Shown here: in pieces, positions 9,707 through 18,954 of the stretch
Layout of the letters: every line of letters starts with the position of its first letter
Numbering within the stretch: the first letter of the stretch is position 1
Assembly: GCA_007134665.1 (NCBI GenBank)
Contig: SLKH01000225.1
Coordinates: 1-29,428, forward strand
Source: Balneolaceae bacterium
Lineage (GTDB): Bacteria; Bacteroidota; Rhodothermia; Balneolales; Balneolaceae
DNA length: 29,428 nucleotides
Direction: 5' to 3'
Notes under the pieces: generated by a model
Databases searched by the model: none
What the model saw: only the letters and a program-made list of their open reading frames with translations
Told to the model about the DNA's origin: nothing
Program-made: the position numbers and the translations under genes

Positions 9707-10033
9707 ATGATCACCTACACAAAAAGAGATATTGTTCGAAGAGTTGCAGAATCTATGGATGTACCCCTGAATCAGGCGGAACCCTGGGTTGATGAAGTTA
9801 TTGGTGCTCTGAGAGGCACAATGATGGATGCAGACCCAACCTGTCGAATTGAGCTGCGGGACTTCGGAGTATTCGAAGTAAAAGAAACCAAAGCCAAACC
9901 AAAGGCGAGGAACCCGAAGACCAACGAAGTTATCTATGTGCCGGCTCACAGGAAAACTCACTTCAAACCGAGTAAATTGCTGAAAGAGTTTCTGCGTCAA
10001 CCTCTTGACGAACTTGAAAGCTCAAATAATTAA
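9707..10033 (+). CDS. HU/IHF-family DNA-binding protein (IHF-beta-like)
   Basis: TKRDIV..., IELRDFGVFEV, ARNPKTNEVIYVPA, FKPSKLLKE: histone-like DNA-binding signature. Confidence 0.92.
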   Translation: MITYTKRDIVRRVAESMDVPLNQAEPWVDEVIGALRGTMMDADPTCRIELRDFGVFEVKETKAKPKARNPKTNEVIYVPAHRKTHFKPSKLLKEFLRQPLDELESSNN

Positions 10034-10468
10034 TTGAATAATTACGGCAGGATTATAGGAATTGATGTAGGTACGAAGCGTGTCGGACTGGCACGTTCCG
10101 ACCTGCTTCGTACTTCTGCAAATCCTGCTGGTACTTTTTCTCCTGAACAGGTATTTTCTGAACTTGAAAAGTATCAGGAAGAGTACCCGATACGCGCATT
10201 TGTTGTGGGCTGGCCTCTTACCACATCCGGAGAAGAAAATGAGTCGACTAAGATGGTCGAAGGCTTCATTAAAAAGCTTAACAGGCTTTTTCCGGATATT
10301 CCTGTTTATAAAATGGATGAAAGATACAGTTCTAAACAGGCAGTTCAGAATATGATACAGTCAGGGGTACCCAAAATGAAAAGGCGTGAAAAAGAAAGAG
10401 TTGACAAGACTGCAGCAGCTTTGATCCTGCAGAAATTTTTAGAATTGCATAGTGATTTAAGTCATTAA
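10034..10468 (+). CDS. ruvX: YqgF/RuvX-family RNase H-fold nuclease (pre-16S rRNA processing / putative Holliday junction resolvase)
   Basis: IIGIDVGTKRVGLA, FVVGWP, DERYSS, VDKTAAALILQ. TTG start directly abuts the upstream TAA. Confidence 0.93.
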   Translation: MNNYGRIIGIDVGTKRVGLARSDLLRTSANPAGTFSPEQVFSELEKYQEEYPIRAFVVGWPLTTSGEENESTKMVEGFIKKLNRLFPDIPVYKMDERYSSKQAVQNMIQSGVPKMKRREKERVDKTAAALILQKFLELHSDLSH

Positions 10469-10470
10469 TC

Positions 10471-11037
10471 ATGTCAGTATTACCGATAGTCACCTATAAT
10501 GATCCTGTTTTAAAGGAAAAGACCAAGCCGGTCGAAATGATCGATAAGGAACTTGAAAAGTTTATTGATGACCTTTTCGAAACGATGTATAATGCCAGGG
10601 GTGTTGGCCTTGCAGCACCACAGGTGGGAGAGCTGATCAGTATTTTTGTCGCAGATGCCGATCTGATGGCCGAAGAAACGGGAGAGCCTGCTTACGGGCC
10701 AATCGTCTTTATCAATCCAGAAATCAAAGAGCTGAAAGGGGAAGTGATAAGAATGGAGGAGGGATGTTTGAGCATTCCCGAAGTTCGTGACGACGTAAAA
10801 CGGCACGAATCCGTTGTTTTATCCTATCGGGACCGGGATTTTGATTTGAAGGAGCAGGAATTTACCGGCTGGTTAGCACGCGTGATACAACATGAATATG
10901 ATCACTTGCAGGGTATACTCTTTCTCGATCACCTGAGTGCATTCAAACGCAGAGTTCATAAGTCAAAGCTGCAGAAAATTGACAGTGGCTTACTGGAGAC
11001 GGAATATCCGCTGGTACCAAAAACCATTGCCAAGTAA
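10471..11037 (+). CDS. def: Peptide deformylase
   Basis: GVGLAAPQ, EGCLS and QHEYDHL motifs. Confidence 0.97.
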   Translation: MSVLPIVTYNDPVLKEKTKPVEMIDKELEKFIDDLFETMYNARGVGLAAPQVGELISIFVADADLMAEETGEPAYGPIVFINPEIKELKGEVIRMEEGCLSIPEVRDDVKRHESVVLSYRDRDFDLKEQEFTGWLARVIQHEYDHLQGILFLDHLSAFKRRVHKSKLQKIDSGLLETEYPLVPKTIAK

Positions 11038-11048
11038 TCCTGAGATCG

Positions 11049-11966
11049 ATGCTGAATCTTGTTTTTATGGGTTCGCCGGATTTTGCAGTACCAAGCCTGG
11101 TTGCCCTTCATCATTCTGATCACAATATCCTGGCAGTAGTAACCAATCCCGACAAGCGGAGAGGGAGGGGTGGCATGCAAACTCCGTCGGTTGTAAAAAA
11201 GAAAGCGGTTGAATTAGGTTATCCTGTTATAGAAACAGATTCAACCAGGGATAGCGAATTCATTGAAAAGATCAGGAAGCTGAATCCCGATTTACTCGTG
11301 GTCGTTGCATTCAAAATTTTGCCGCCTGATCTACTTTCTGTTTCCAGGTATGGTGCGATCAACCTTCATGCATCACTTCTGCCAAAATACAGGGGGGCAG
11401 CTCCTATACACTGGGCTATTATAAATGGAGAAAAAGAAACCGGTTGTACAGTGTTTTTTCTGGAAAAGAACGTTGACACCGGACACATTATTAAGCAGAA
11501 ACCCACTGTAATCGGACCGGATGAGACAACGGGTGATTTATATAACCGCTTAAAGGATTTGGGAGCAAAGTTACTGGTTGATTCAGTTGATATGATCAGC
11601 AACGGAGATATTACAAAGATTCCGCAAAATCATGATAAAGCAACTCAGGCGCCCAAACTTTTTTCTGATGATGGGAAAATTGATTTTAACGATAGCTCTG
11701 AAAATGTTCATAACAAGATTCGCGGAATGAGTCCGTTTCCGGGAGCATGGGCTGATTATGATGGTCATAAATTAAATATTTATCGCTCACGCCGGGGCCC
11801 TGACATAAACCTTGAACCGGGCGAACTTGTGTTTACAAATGGTAAACTACTTGCAGGGTGCAATTCGGGAAGTGTTGAGCTTGTGGAAGTTCAGATGCCG
11901 GGAAAAAAAAGGGTAAAAGGAACCGATTTTGCAAACGGGTACGATCTGAATATAAAATTACAGTGA
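11049..11966 (+). CDS. fmt: Methionyl-tRNA formyltransferase
   Basis: LVFMGSPDFA, NLHASLLPKYRGAAPI, C-terminal SPFPGAW; follows def. Confidence 0.97.
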   Translation: MLNLVFMGSPDFAVPSLVALHHSDHNILAVVTNPDKRRGRGGMQTPSVVKKKAVELGYPVIETDSTRDSEFIEKIRKLNPDLLVVVAFKILPPDLLSVSRYGAINLHASLLPKYRGAAPIHWAIINGEKETGCTVFFLEKNVDTGHIIKQKPTVIGPDETTGDLYNRLKDLGAKLLVDSVDMISNGDITKIPQNHDKATQAPKLFSDDGKIDFNDSSENVHNKIRGMSPFPGAWADYDGHKLNIYRSRRGPDINLEPGELVFTNGKLLAGCNSGSVELVEVQMPGKKRVKGTDFANGYDLNIKLQ

Positions 11967-12152
11967 TTATCTGAAAACTTATCTGTTGTAAACTATTTCA
12001 GTTATCAGTTGATTAATAGTAATTATTTTTGGATATACTGAACAAAATCTGATTCAAGTTTGTATACATCATTCCGGATTAGAATTCGGATGATGGAACT
12101 GTTATTGAAATGAACTGATATCAATTTATAATCAAATTAAACTGAATTCACC

Positions 12153-12839
12153 ATGGAGCTTTCGCCTCTTTTACAGGCAGCCAAAAACGGCAAAATTGAA
12201 GATATCAAACGTCTGCATGCGAGTGGGTCGTCATTGGATGAAACTCATAAGAATGGGTCTACGGCATTGATTTTTGCGGCAGAAAATAACCACCTTGGCA
12301 TAGTAAAATATTTGCTTGATAATGGTGCAGATCCAAAATTAGAAACAAAAATGGGGGGGACGGCTCTGAATAGAGCTGCACTGAATGGAAATACCGAAAT
12401 CATGAAATACCTCCTCAACAAAGGAGTAGAAATCGGTGATCTTGCTGTCATAATGGCCGCACGTGAAGGTAAACTTGATGCTGTAAAGATGCTCGTTGAA
12501 AAAGGGGCGAACGTGAATGCAAAACAGCGATGGGGGCAAACAGCTATTATGCTCGCAGCCCGCGAGGGTCATACGGAAGTTGTAAAATATCTTCTTGACA
12601 ATGGTGCAAATGTGAAGCTGAAAGACAAAAACGGAGACACAGCTCTCAACATAGCACTCGATAATGATAATACCGATATTGCCATGATGTTGAAACGTGC
12701 CGGAGCAAGGGCAGAAACAAAGAAAAAAGCCCCGGTTGTCACAGAATCTGATGACGAAGATGAAGATACCACTTCTGAAATTGATGAGATTATAGGTGAC
12801 GATGAGGATATCCCGGACGATGTGGATCTGGATGATTGA
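12153..12839 (+). CDS. Ankyrin-repeat protein (about 6 repeats) with acidic C-terminal tail
   Basis: Repeated G-x-T-A-L-x-x-A-A...G-x-x-E-x-V-K-x-L-L-x-x-G-A units; no signal peptide; D/E-rich tail. Confidence 0.92.
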   Translation: MELSPLLQAAKNGKIEDIKRLHASGSSLDETHKNGSTALIFAAENNHLGIVKYLLDNGADPKLETKMGGTALNRAALNGNTEIMKYLLNKGVEIGDLAVIMAAREGKLDAVKMLVEKGANVNAKQRWGQTAIMLAAREGHTEVVKYLLDNGANVKLKDKNGDTALNIALDNDNTDIAMMLKRAGARAETKKKAPVVTESDDEDEDTTSEIDEIIGDDEDIPDDVDLDD

Positions 12840-12987
12840 TGTGATAATCGGCTGATTAATCTCTGTTTTCTTATTTGCATATATGTGGATTGGGTTCAAT
12901 TTATGAATCCTGCTGTTCAGGACATCAGAAAAGCGCTACCATTTGATTTTATATAATTTAACCCAGCTTTTTCCTAACTAAAATGGA

Positions 12988-13017
12988 TTGAGAGAGCAAT
13001 ATCCGTTATTTTATAAT
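12988..13017 (+). promoter_or_regulatory. Putative sigma70-type promoter of gap
   Basis: TTGAGA-N18-TATAAT upstream of gap; AAGGAG Shine-Dalgarno-like motif at 13058-13063. Confidence 0.45.
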
Positions 13018-13073
13018 GATTTCTAATAAACCTGTTAGCTGTAAATTTGAATTGAATAAGGAGATAATTAATT

Positions 13074-14072
13074 ATGTCTAAAGTTAAAGTAGGAATTAAT
13101 GGATTTGGCCGTATTGGTCGGCTTGTTACTCGGTCAATCCTGCAATATCAAAAAGATACCATCGAAGTTGTCGGTGTTAATGACCTGACTGACCCCAAAA
13201 CACTGGCTCATCTGTTTAAGTACGACTCTGTTCATGGTACATGGCCCGGTGAAGTAAGTGCCGATGACAGCTCAATTACGATCGACGGAATGAAAATCCA
13301 GATATCATCTGAACGAGACCCGGCAAACCTGAAGTGGGGAGAACTTGGTGCTGAAGTTGTTGTTGAATCAACAGGTATTTTCAGAGATGATAAAAGTGCC
13401 GGAAAGCATATTGAGGCCGGTGCCAAAAAAGTGATCATATCAGCTCCAGGTAAAGGAGACCTGAAAACGATTGTACTTGGTGTTAATGACGGTGAAATTA
13501 GTAAAGATGCAACGATCTACTCCAATGCAAGCTGTACTACAAACTGTCTGGCCCCTATGGTTAAAGTACTGGATGAAGAATTTGGAGTTGAGCAAGGATT
13601 TATGACGACAATTCACGCATATACCGGTGATCAGGCAATTGTTGACGGTCCGCATAAGGATCTGCGACGTGCACGGGCTGCAGCAAGTAATATCGTACCA
13701 ACCACTACAGGAGCAGCCGCTGCAGTAGGGCTTGTTCTGCCGCATCTTGATGGGAAGCTCGATGGCGGAGCTGTTCGGGTTCCGGTTCCTGATGGATCGT
13801 TAACTGATTTTACTGCTGTTGTCAGTCGTGATGTAACAGAAGCTGAAGTACTTGCCGCATTCAAAAAAGCTGCTGAAGGATCCCTGAAGGGTATTCTTGA
13901 ATATTCAGAAGAAGAGTTAGTTTCTTCAGATATTATCGGCAATACCCATTCCTGTATCCTGGATAGCGGGCTTACCAAAGTAGATGGTAAACTGGTGAAA
14001 GTGATCGGCTGGTATGATAATGAAGCCGGTTACTCAGCAAGGACTGCTGAACTGATCCTGAAAATTGTTTAA
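13074..14072 (+). CDS. gap: Type I glyceraldehyde-3-phosphate dehydrogenase
   Basis: GINGFGRIGR, catalytic ASCTTNCL, RRARAAA, WYDNE. Confidence 0.98.
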   Translation: MSKVKVGINGFGRIGRLVTRSILQYQKDTIEVVGVNDLTDPKTLAHLFKYDSVHGTWPGEVSADDSSITIDGMKIQISSERDPANLKWGELGAEVVVESTGIFRDDKSAGKHIEAGAKKVIISAPGKGDLKTIVLGVNDGEISKDATIYSNASCTTNCLAPMVKVLDEEFGVEQGFMTTIHAYTGDQAIVDGPHKDLRRARAAASNIVPTTTGAAAAVGLVLPHLDGKLDGGAVRVPVPDGSLTDFTAVVSRDVTEAEVLAAFKKAAEGSLKGILEYSEEELVSSDIIGNTHSCILDSGLTKVDGKLVKVIGWYDNEAGYSARTAELILKIV

Positions 14073-14110
14073 TAACTGATTTTCAGAAATATTCAGTATT
14101 GTAATTTTTT

Positions 14111-14144
14111 AAAAGGCATCTCCCTAAAAGGTGATGCCTTTTTT
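14111..14144. terminator. Bidirectional intrinsic terminator between convergent gap and amidohydrolase genes
   Basis: Inverted repeat AAAAGGCATC...GATGCCTTTT gives T-runs after the stem on both strands. Confidence 0.85.
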
Positions 14145-14169
14145 AATGAAATCGATTTTTATCCCCGAA

Positions 14170-15459
14170 TTACATCTCTACCTGATTACCGCCTATATAT
14201 ACTGCTTCAATACTCCTGAGATTTTGTATATCTGAAAATGGATTCTCAGTGAGTACAATAAAATCCGCATGTTTGTCCGGTACAAGTGTGCCAACCCGGT
14301 CGTCAATTAACATACATTCTGCTGCATAACGGGTTGCAGAGAGTAGAATCTCACCAGGAATCATTCCGGCTTCCTGCATCATTTCCATTTCCAAATGTTC
14401 AAAATAACCCTGAAATCTTGCGGGAGGGCCACTGTCAGTACCGAGAATTACCCTGATTCCGGCATTGTGCAGAGCCATCATATTTTCTTTGGCTAGTGGA
14501 AGAGCTTCTCTGTAATAATCTGCAGTTGTACCGGTATATCTCTGCTTTACTTCGGGTTCCTGTAACTGATCGATTACGTCAGAATCTGCATATCGTAAGA
14601 AAAAGGGGTCATCAAAAAAATCCGGCCTCTCAGAGTATATAAATACAGATATTTCACGCGTGAGAGTTGGGGTGATACAGATATCTCTTTCTAACATCAT
14701 GTCAATTAATTCCGAATCTGCCGGCTCGTCTCGTACACTGTGTGCTATTAAATCAACATTAGCTTCCAGAAGCCCTTTCGCATCTTCCAATGCAACGATG
14801 TGGGCTGCAAGTGGTATCTCATGTTCGTGTGAAGCTTCAATGACAGCCCTGTAAACTTCAGGGCTCATCTTTTGAGAACGGCCCAGATTGTCATCAACCC
14901 TGATTTTTGTCCAATCAGGATTATGCTGCATAAGCTCTGAAACATCCTCAAAAGCAGCCTGAGGAGAAGAGGGGCTCAAGACAGGCCCCGACATAAATAA
15001 TCGGGCTGTTCCATGATCACCGGGATTATAATTGTCACGAACCGTGAAAGCTTCCGGTGGTTCATCTCCGAGGCTTACTACCGTGGTTATTCCATAACGC
15101 GCATATAATTGTAACTGATCCAATACATTCTGTTCAGAGTGTATTGATGGGCCGGTTTCAAGTCCTCTTGCAATTCCAACGTGGCCATGAGCATTTATTA
15201 ACCCCGGTATGATGTATCGATCAGACATGTCAATTTCTTCTACAGTATCCGGTAAATCAAGTTCAGTCATCGGAACGACATCAAAAACAGTGCCATTACG
15301 GATGAGCAGTGCTGCATTCTCGATTGATGGCTGGTCTGTACCGGTCCATATGGTGGCGTTTGTATAGGCAATCAGGTCATCAGGCAGATCGTCTCCGCAA
15401 CCCTGTACAAATATCGGGAAGCACAATATCAGACAAAACAATTTAATGGATCGTATCAT
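14170..15459 (-). CDS. Metal-dependent amidohydrolase-family lipoprotein
   Basis: Lipobox VQG|C. PGLINAHGH (HxH), TKI Lys, AAH, AHS and LGTDSG metal ligands of the amidohydrolase TIM barrel. Confidence 0.9.
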   Translation of the reverse strand: MIRSIKLFCLILCFPIFVQGCGDDLPDDLIAYTNATIWTGTDQPSIENAALLIRNGTVFDVVPMTELDLPDTVEEIDMSDRYIIPGLINAHGHVGIARGLETGPSIHSEQNVLDQLQLYARYGITTVVSLGDEPPEAFTVRDNYNPGDHGTARLFMSGPVLSPSSPQAAFEDVSELMQHNPDWTKIRVDDNLGRSQKMSPEVYRAVIEASHEHEIPLAAHIVALEDAKGLLEANVDLIAHSVRDEPADSELIDMMLERDICITPTLTREISVFIYSERPDFFDDPFFLRYADSDVIDQLQEPEVKQRYTGTTADYYREALPLAKENMMALHNAGIRVILGTDSGPPARFQGYFEHLEMEMMQEAGMIPGEILLSATRYAAECMLIDDRVGTLVPDKHADFIVLTENPFSDIQNLRSIEAVYIGGNQVEM

Positions 15460-15636
15460 GACAATAAAATGACAGGTTTTGTTTTAACGGTTTACAGTAA
15501 GATAATCCGGAATCGAAATAAGTCAATTTATATTAACCCAAAGAAGTCGTAAAACCTTTTTTGCCATTGTTCCAATGACAATTTTGGGTTTAAAATTCGA
15601 AGGGTTGAGATACCGTTGTTTCTAATGGCAATATTA

Positions 15637-17034
15637 TCAGCATTCTTCGAACCTGGATTGAAAAAAACGCAGGTACCGGGGTTCATAAACAAATTTTAAG
15701 CCCCTGATTTTATTTCTGTTTAAATAAACTTCTTCAATGGATTCAGCAACGACATCCATATGAGCTTGTGTATAAACCCGGCGTGGTATTGTAAGTCGTA
15801 CAAGTTCAAGATTTGGATAATTTTGTTGACCGGTATCAGGATCTCTGCCGGCTGAAACGACACCCCGCTCCATAGCCCTTACACCGGAATCGACATAAAT
15901 AGCAGCGGCCAAAGCTTGGGCTGGCAGTTTGTCCTGCGTCAGGTGAGGCAGAAATTTCTTAGCATTGAGAAATACCCCATGTGTGCCAACCGGCATTACA
16001 ATTGGTATTTCTGATTGAATCAATTTCTTTCCAAGGTATTCTACCTGGCCAACCCTCGCTCTGATATGATCTTCATCGACAGATTCGCTGATCCCGATAG
16101 AGAGAGCCTCCATGTCACGTCCGGCCATTCCTCCATATGTGTGAAGGCCCTCATAAATGACAACCATGTTTCTGGCTTTGTCAAACAGGCCCTTGTCATT
16201 TACTGCAAGAAATCCCCCGATATTAACAAGAGCATCTTTTTTGGCACTCATTGTTGCTCCATCAGTGAGATCACATATTTCTTTTACGATTTCCGAGACT
16301 TTCCTGTGTGCCTGTCCATCCTCAAGTTTTTTTATCATATAGGCATTCTCGGCAACACGGGTCATATCGTGAATGATGGGAATACCGTAGTGAGAGGTTA
16401 GATTACGGACTTCTTTCAGATTTTTCAGGGATATCGGCTGCCCTCCGGCCATATTCACTGTAGTGGCAACAGAAATGTATGGGATTCTTTTTTCTCCATA
16501 TTGTTCAATTAAAGCCCGGAGTCTGTCAAGATCTATATTTCCTTTGAAAGGATACAGGTTCCCGGGGTCGTGAGCTTCATCGATGATTACATCTTTAAAA
16601 GTACCACCAGCAAGCTCCTGGTGAAGTTTTGTTGTAGTAAAGTACATATTACCGGGAATGATATCTCCCTGTTTAATCAGCAGTTGCGAAATAATATGTT
16701 CAGCAGCTCTTCCCTGATGGGTTGGAACGATATATTTGTACCCGTAATATTTTTGAATTGTCTGTTCCAGGTGGTAAAAATTCTCACTCCCTGCATAAGC
16801 TTCATCACCCATCATCATACCTGCCCACTGTCTGTCGCTCATGGCAGAAGTTCCACTGTCTGTCAGAAGGTCAATATAAACGTCTCTCGATCGTAACAGG
16901 AAAGTATTGAAACCGGCTTCTTTAATCCTGGTTTTTCGTTCACCGGTAGTAGTCATCCGGACAGGTTCAACCATTTTAATTTTATAGGGTTCTGCCCATG
17001 ATCGTTTTCTTTGATTTTCAGAATCCTCAGACAT
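15637..17034 (-). CDS. tpl: Tyrosine phenol-lyase (beta-eliminating PLP lyase; tryptophanase paralogue)
   Basis: DLLTDSGT, GDEAY, PLP-lysine motif MSAKKD. TPL-specific YFTTT (T133), MERG (R390) and LRFF (F457) rather than the tryptophanase Asp/Ile/His. Confidence 0.85.
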   Translation of the reverse strand: MSEDSENQRKRSWAEPYKIKMVEPVRMTTTGERKTRIKEAGFNTFLLRSRDVYIDLLTDSGTSAMSDRQWAGMMMGDEAYAGSENFYHLEQTIQKYYGYKYIVPTHQGRAAEHIISQLLIKQGDIIPGNMYFTTTKLHQELAGGTFKDVIIDEAHDPGNLYPFKGNIDLDRLRALIEQYGEKRIPYISVATTVNMAGGQPISLKNLKEVRNLTSHYGIPIIHDMTRVAENAYMIKKLEDGQAHRKVSEIVKEICDLTDGATMSAKKDALVNIGGFLAVNDKGLFDKARNMVVIYEGLHTYGGMAGRDMEALSIGISESVDEDHIRARVGQVEYLGKKLIQSEIPIVMPVGTHGVFLNAKKFLPHLTQDKLPAQALAAAIYVDSGVRAMERGVVSAGRDPDTGQQNYPNLELVRLTIPRRVYTQAHMDVVAESIEEVYLNRNKIRGLKFVYEPRYLRFFQSRFEEC

Positions 17035-17091
17035 AATAACTCCAGACAGATTAAACCATCCTTTTTTAGTTCGGTAACAAAAATCCTGATA

Positions 17092-18258
17092 TTAAGACAA
17101 TGCCTGTTCTACATCCTCGAGTATATCATCAATAGCCTCAAGGCCGGCAGCAATACGAATCAGGCCTGGAGTTATACCAACGCGTTCACGTTCCTGATCT
17201 GTAAGTTTGGAGTGTGTTGTTGATGCAGGGTGTGTTACTATCGTACGTGCATCACCAAGATTTGCTGAACGCGAAAGCATGGCCACTTTGTCGATAAATT
17301 GTGTAGCCTGCTCATATCCCCCTTCAATTTCAAAACAGACCACACCTCCACCACGTTTCATCTGTTTCCGGGCAAGTTCGAGTTGTGGATGATCTTTATG
17401 AAATGGGTATTTCACTAATTTTACTTTTTTATGAAGTCCTAAAAAATCAGCCAGTTGTTCGGCATTATCACAATGGCGATCCATTCTTACAGGGAGAGTT
17501 TCCAGGCTTTTACTGAACATCCAGGCATTGAAAGGCGAGAGAGCCGGGCCGGTATGCCGGGTGAAGAACGACACTTCTTCAATGTACTCATCCTTGCCAA
17601 CAATGATTCCTCCTATACCGCGGCCCTGGCCATCAATGAATTTGGTGGCAGAATGTACAATCAGGTCGGCACCATATTCCAAAGGCCTTTGAAGCCACGG
17701 TGTGGCAAAACAGTTGTCTACAATATTAATAAGGTTATGCTTTTTTGAAAGTTCACCGGCCCACTCAAGATCGATCAGATCGAGGCCCGGGTTAGAGGGA
17801 GTCTCGAGAAAAAGAATTTTCGTCTCTTTTCGGATCAAACTTTCCCAGGAATCAGGATCATTGATATCTGCATAGCTGTGAGTGATCCCCCATCGTGGCA
17901 ACAGTTCACTGAGAATTTGATGTGTGGATCCAAACAAAGAGCGGGAAGCGAGAATGTGATCCCCTTTTTTTAATAGAGCTGCTATACTTGAAAATACACC
18001 GGCCATACCGGACGCTGTAGCCACACCCGAGGACGCTCCCTCAAGCTTGCACATTTTGTGGATGAATTCGTCTGTATTGGGATTGGAATACCTGCTGTAT
18101 ACGTTCCCTTCTTCCTCATTGGCAAATAGAGCCCTGGCATGTTCGGCTGAATCAAATAAAAAACTTGAGGTCAGGTAGAGCGGTGTGGAGTGTTCCCTTT
18201 CCCCGGATGTGGAGGTTTGTGTTCGGATAGCATCAGTTTCAAATTTGGTTTTTTTCAT
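17092..18258 (-). CDS. metZ: O-succinylhomoserine sulfhydrylase (Cys/Met metabolism PLP enzyme)
   Basis: HSTPLYLTSSF, YSRYSNP, VDNCFATP, HSATKFIDGQGR, ANLGDARTIVTHPASTTH. Confidence 0.85.
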   Translation of the reverse strand: MKKTKFETDAIRTQTSTSGEREHSTPLYLTSSFLFDSAEHARALFANEEEGNVYSRYSNPNTDEFIHKMCKLEGASSGVATASGMAGVFSSIAALLKKGDHILASRSLFGSTHQILSELLPRWGITHSYADINDPDSWESLIRKETKILFLETPSNPGLDLIDLEWAGELSKKHNLINIVDNCFATPWLQRPLEYGADLIVHSATKFIDGQGRGIGGIIVGKDEYIEEVSFFTRHTGPALSPFNAWMFSKSLETLPVRMDRHCDNAEQLADFLGLHKKVKLVKYPFHKDHPQLELARKQMKRGGGVVCFEIEGGYEQATQFIDKVAMLSRSANLGDARTIVTHPASTTHSKLTDQERERVGITPGLIRIAAGLEAIDDILEDVEQALS

Positions 18259-18361
18259 ACAGTGATCGGATTTAAAAAAGCGTTTGATACGGATAATATT
18301 TATGACTGAATGAGTTCATTACAGCAAATGAAAAGTTTGGTTGAGTAAATAATCTATGTTT

Positions 18362-18775
18362 TCACTGGATTTCAAAACTATATGTGATCCTGGAACTTTT
18401 TTCCAATGCTTTTGATGCCGAGCAATACTTGCCAACGGAGAGTTCGATTGCCTTCTCCACTTTATCGGGATCAAGATCTCCTTCCAGGATATAATGCATG
18501 TGGATAGTTTTAAATTCTGAATAAGTACTTACTTTTTGCCGGTCACCGTCAACTTCAACATGGATATTTTTCAGGTTCTGGCGTTGTTTCTCCAATATAT
18601 TGATGATGTCTATCGTACTGCAACCACCGGCAGCAGCAAGAAGTAGTTGCATCGGGCTCATGCCACCTTCTATACCACCAATGGATCGTGTCCCATCGAT
18701 GCGGATTTTGCCACCTTCTTCATTATTTGCCTCCATATGCAGCTTACCATCAAGCTTTTCCAGCGTAATTTTCAT
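18362..18775 (-). CDS. OsmC/YhfA-family protein
   Basis: SPMQLLLAAAGGCS and KYCSASKAL (two conserved Cys). Confidence 0.9.
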   Translation of the reverse strand: MKITLEKLDGKLHMEANNEEGGKIRIDGTRSIGGIEGGMSPMQLLLAAAGGCSTIDIINILEKQRQNLKNIHVEVDGDRQKVSTYSEFKTIHMHYILEGDLDPDKVEKAIELSVGKYCSASKALEKSSRITYSFEIQ

Positions 18776-18954
18776 AGTAAAGTTTTCTGTATCTGATTGA
18801 TTAGAAGTAAATGATGTCAGTGTTCAGGCTGCTGTAAATGACAATCATTCTTTATGACTGATGCATTCATTCCTGTCACTTTAGAACCAACATCTGCTTA
18901 AAGATAAGCAATCCCGTGTAGAGGCTCCGAAAAACTATCAACATTTCTTCCTGC

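Noticed and set aside
15561-15585. Hairpin TTGCCATTG-TTC-CAATGACAA downstream of tpl
   Set aside because: On the tpl strand it is followed by A rather than U residues; on the other strand it has a C-A mismatch and no gene to terminate. Ambiguous.
15637-17034. Tryptophanase (tnaA) annotation
   Set aside because: The specificity positions are Thr/Arg/Phe as in tyrosine phenol-lyase, and no tnaC-like leader is visible.
18259-18954. SAM riboswitch upstream of osmC or metZ
   Set aside because: Only small hairpins are present (e.g. TGCTTA-TCTT-TAAGCA); the conserved SAM-I and SAM-II core sequences were not found.
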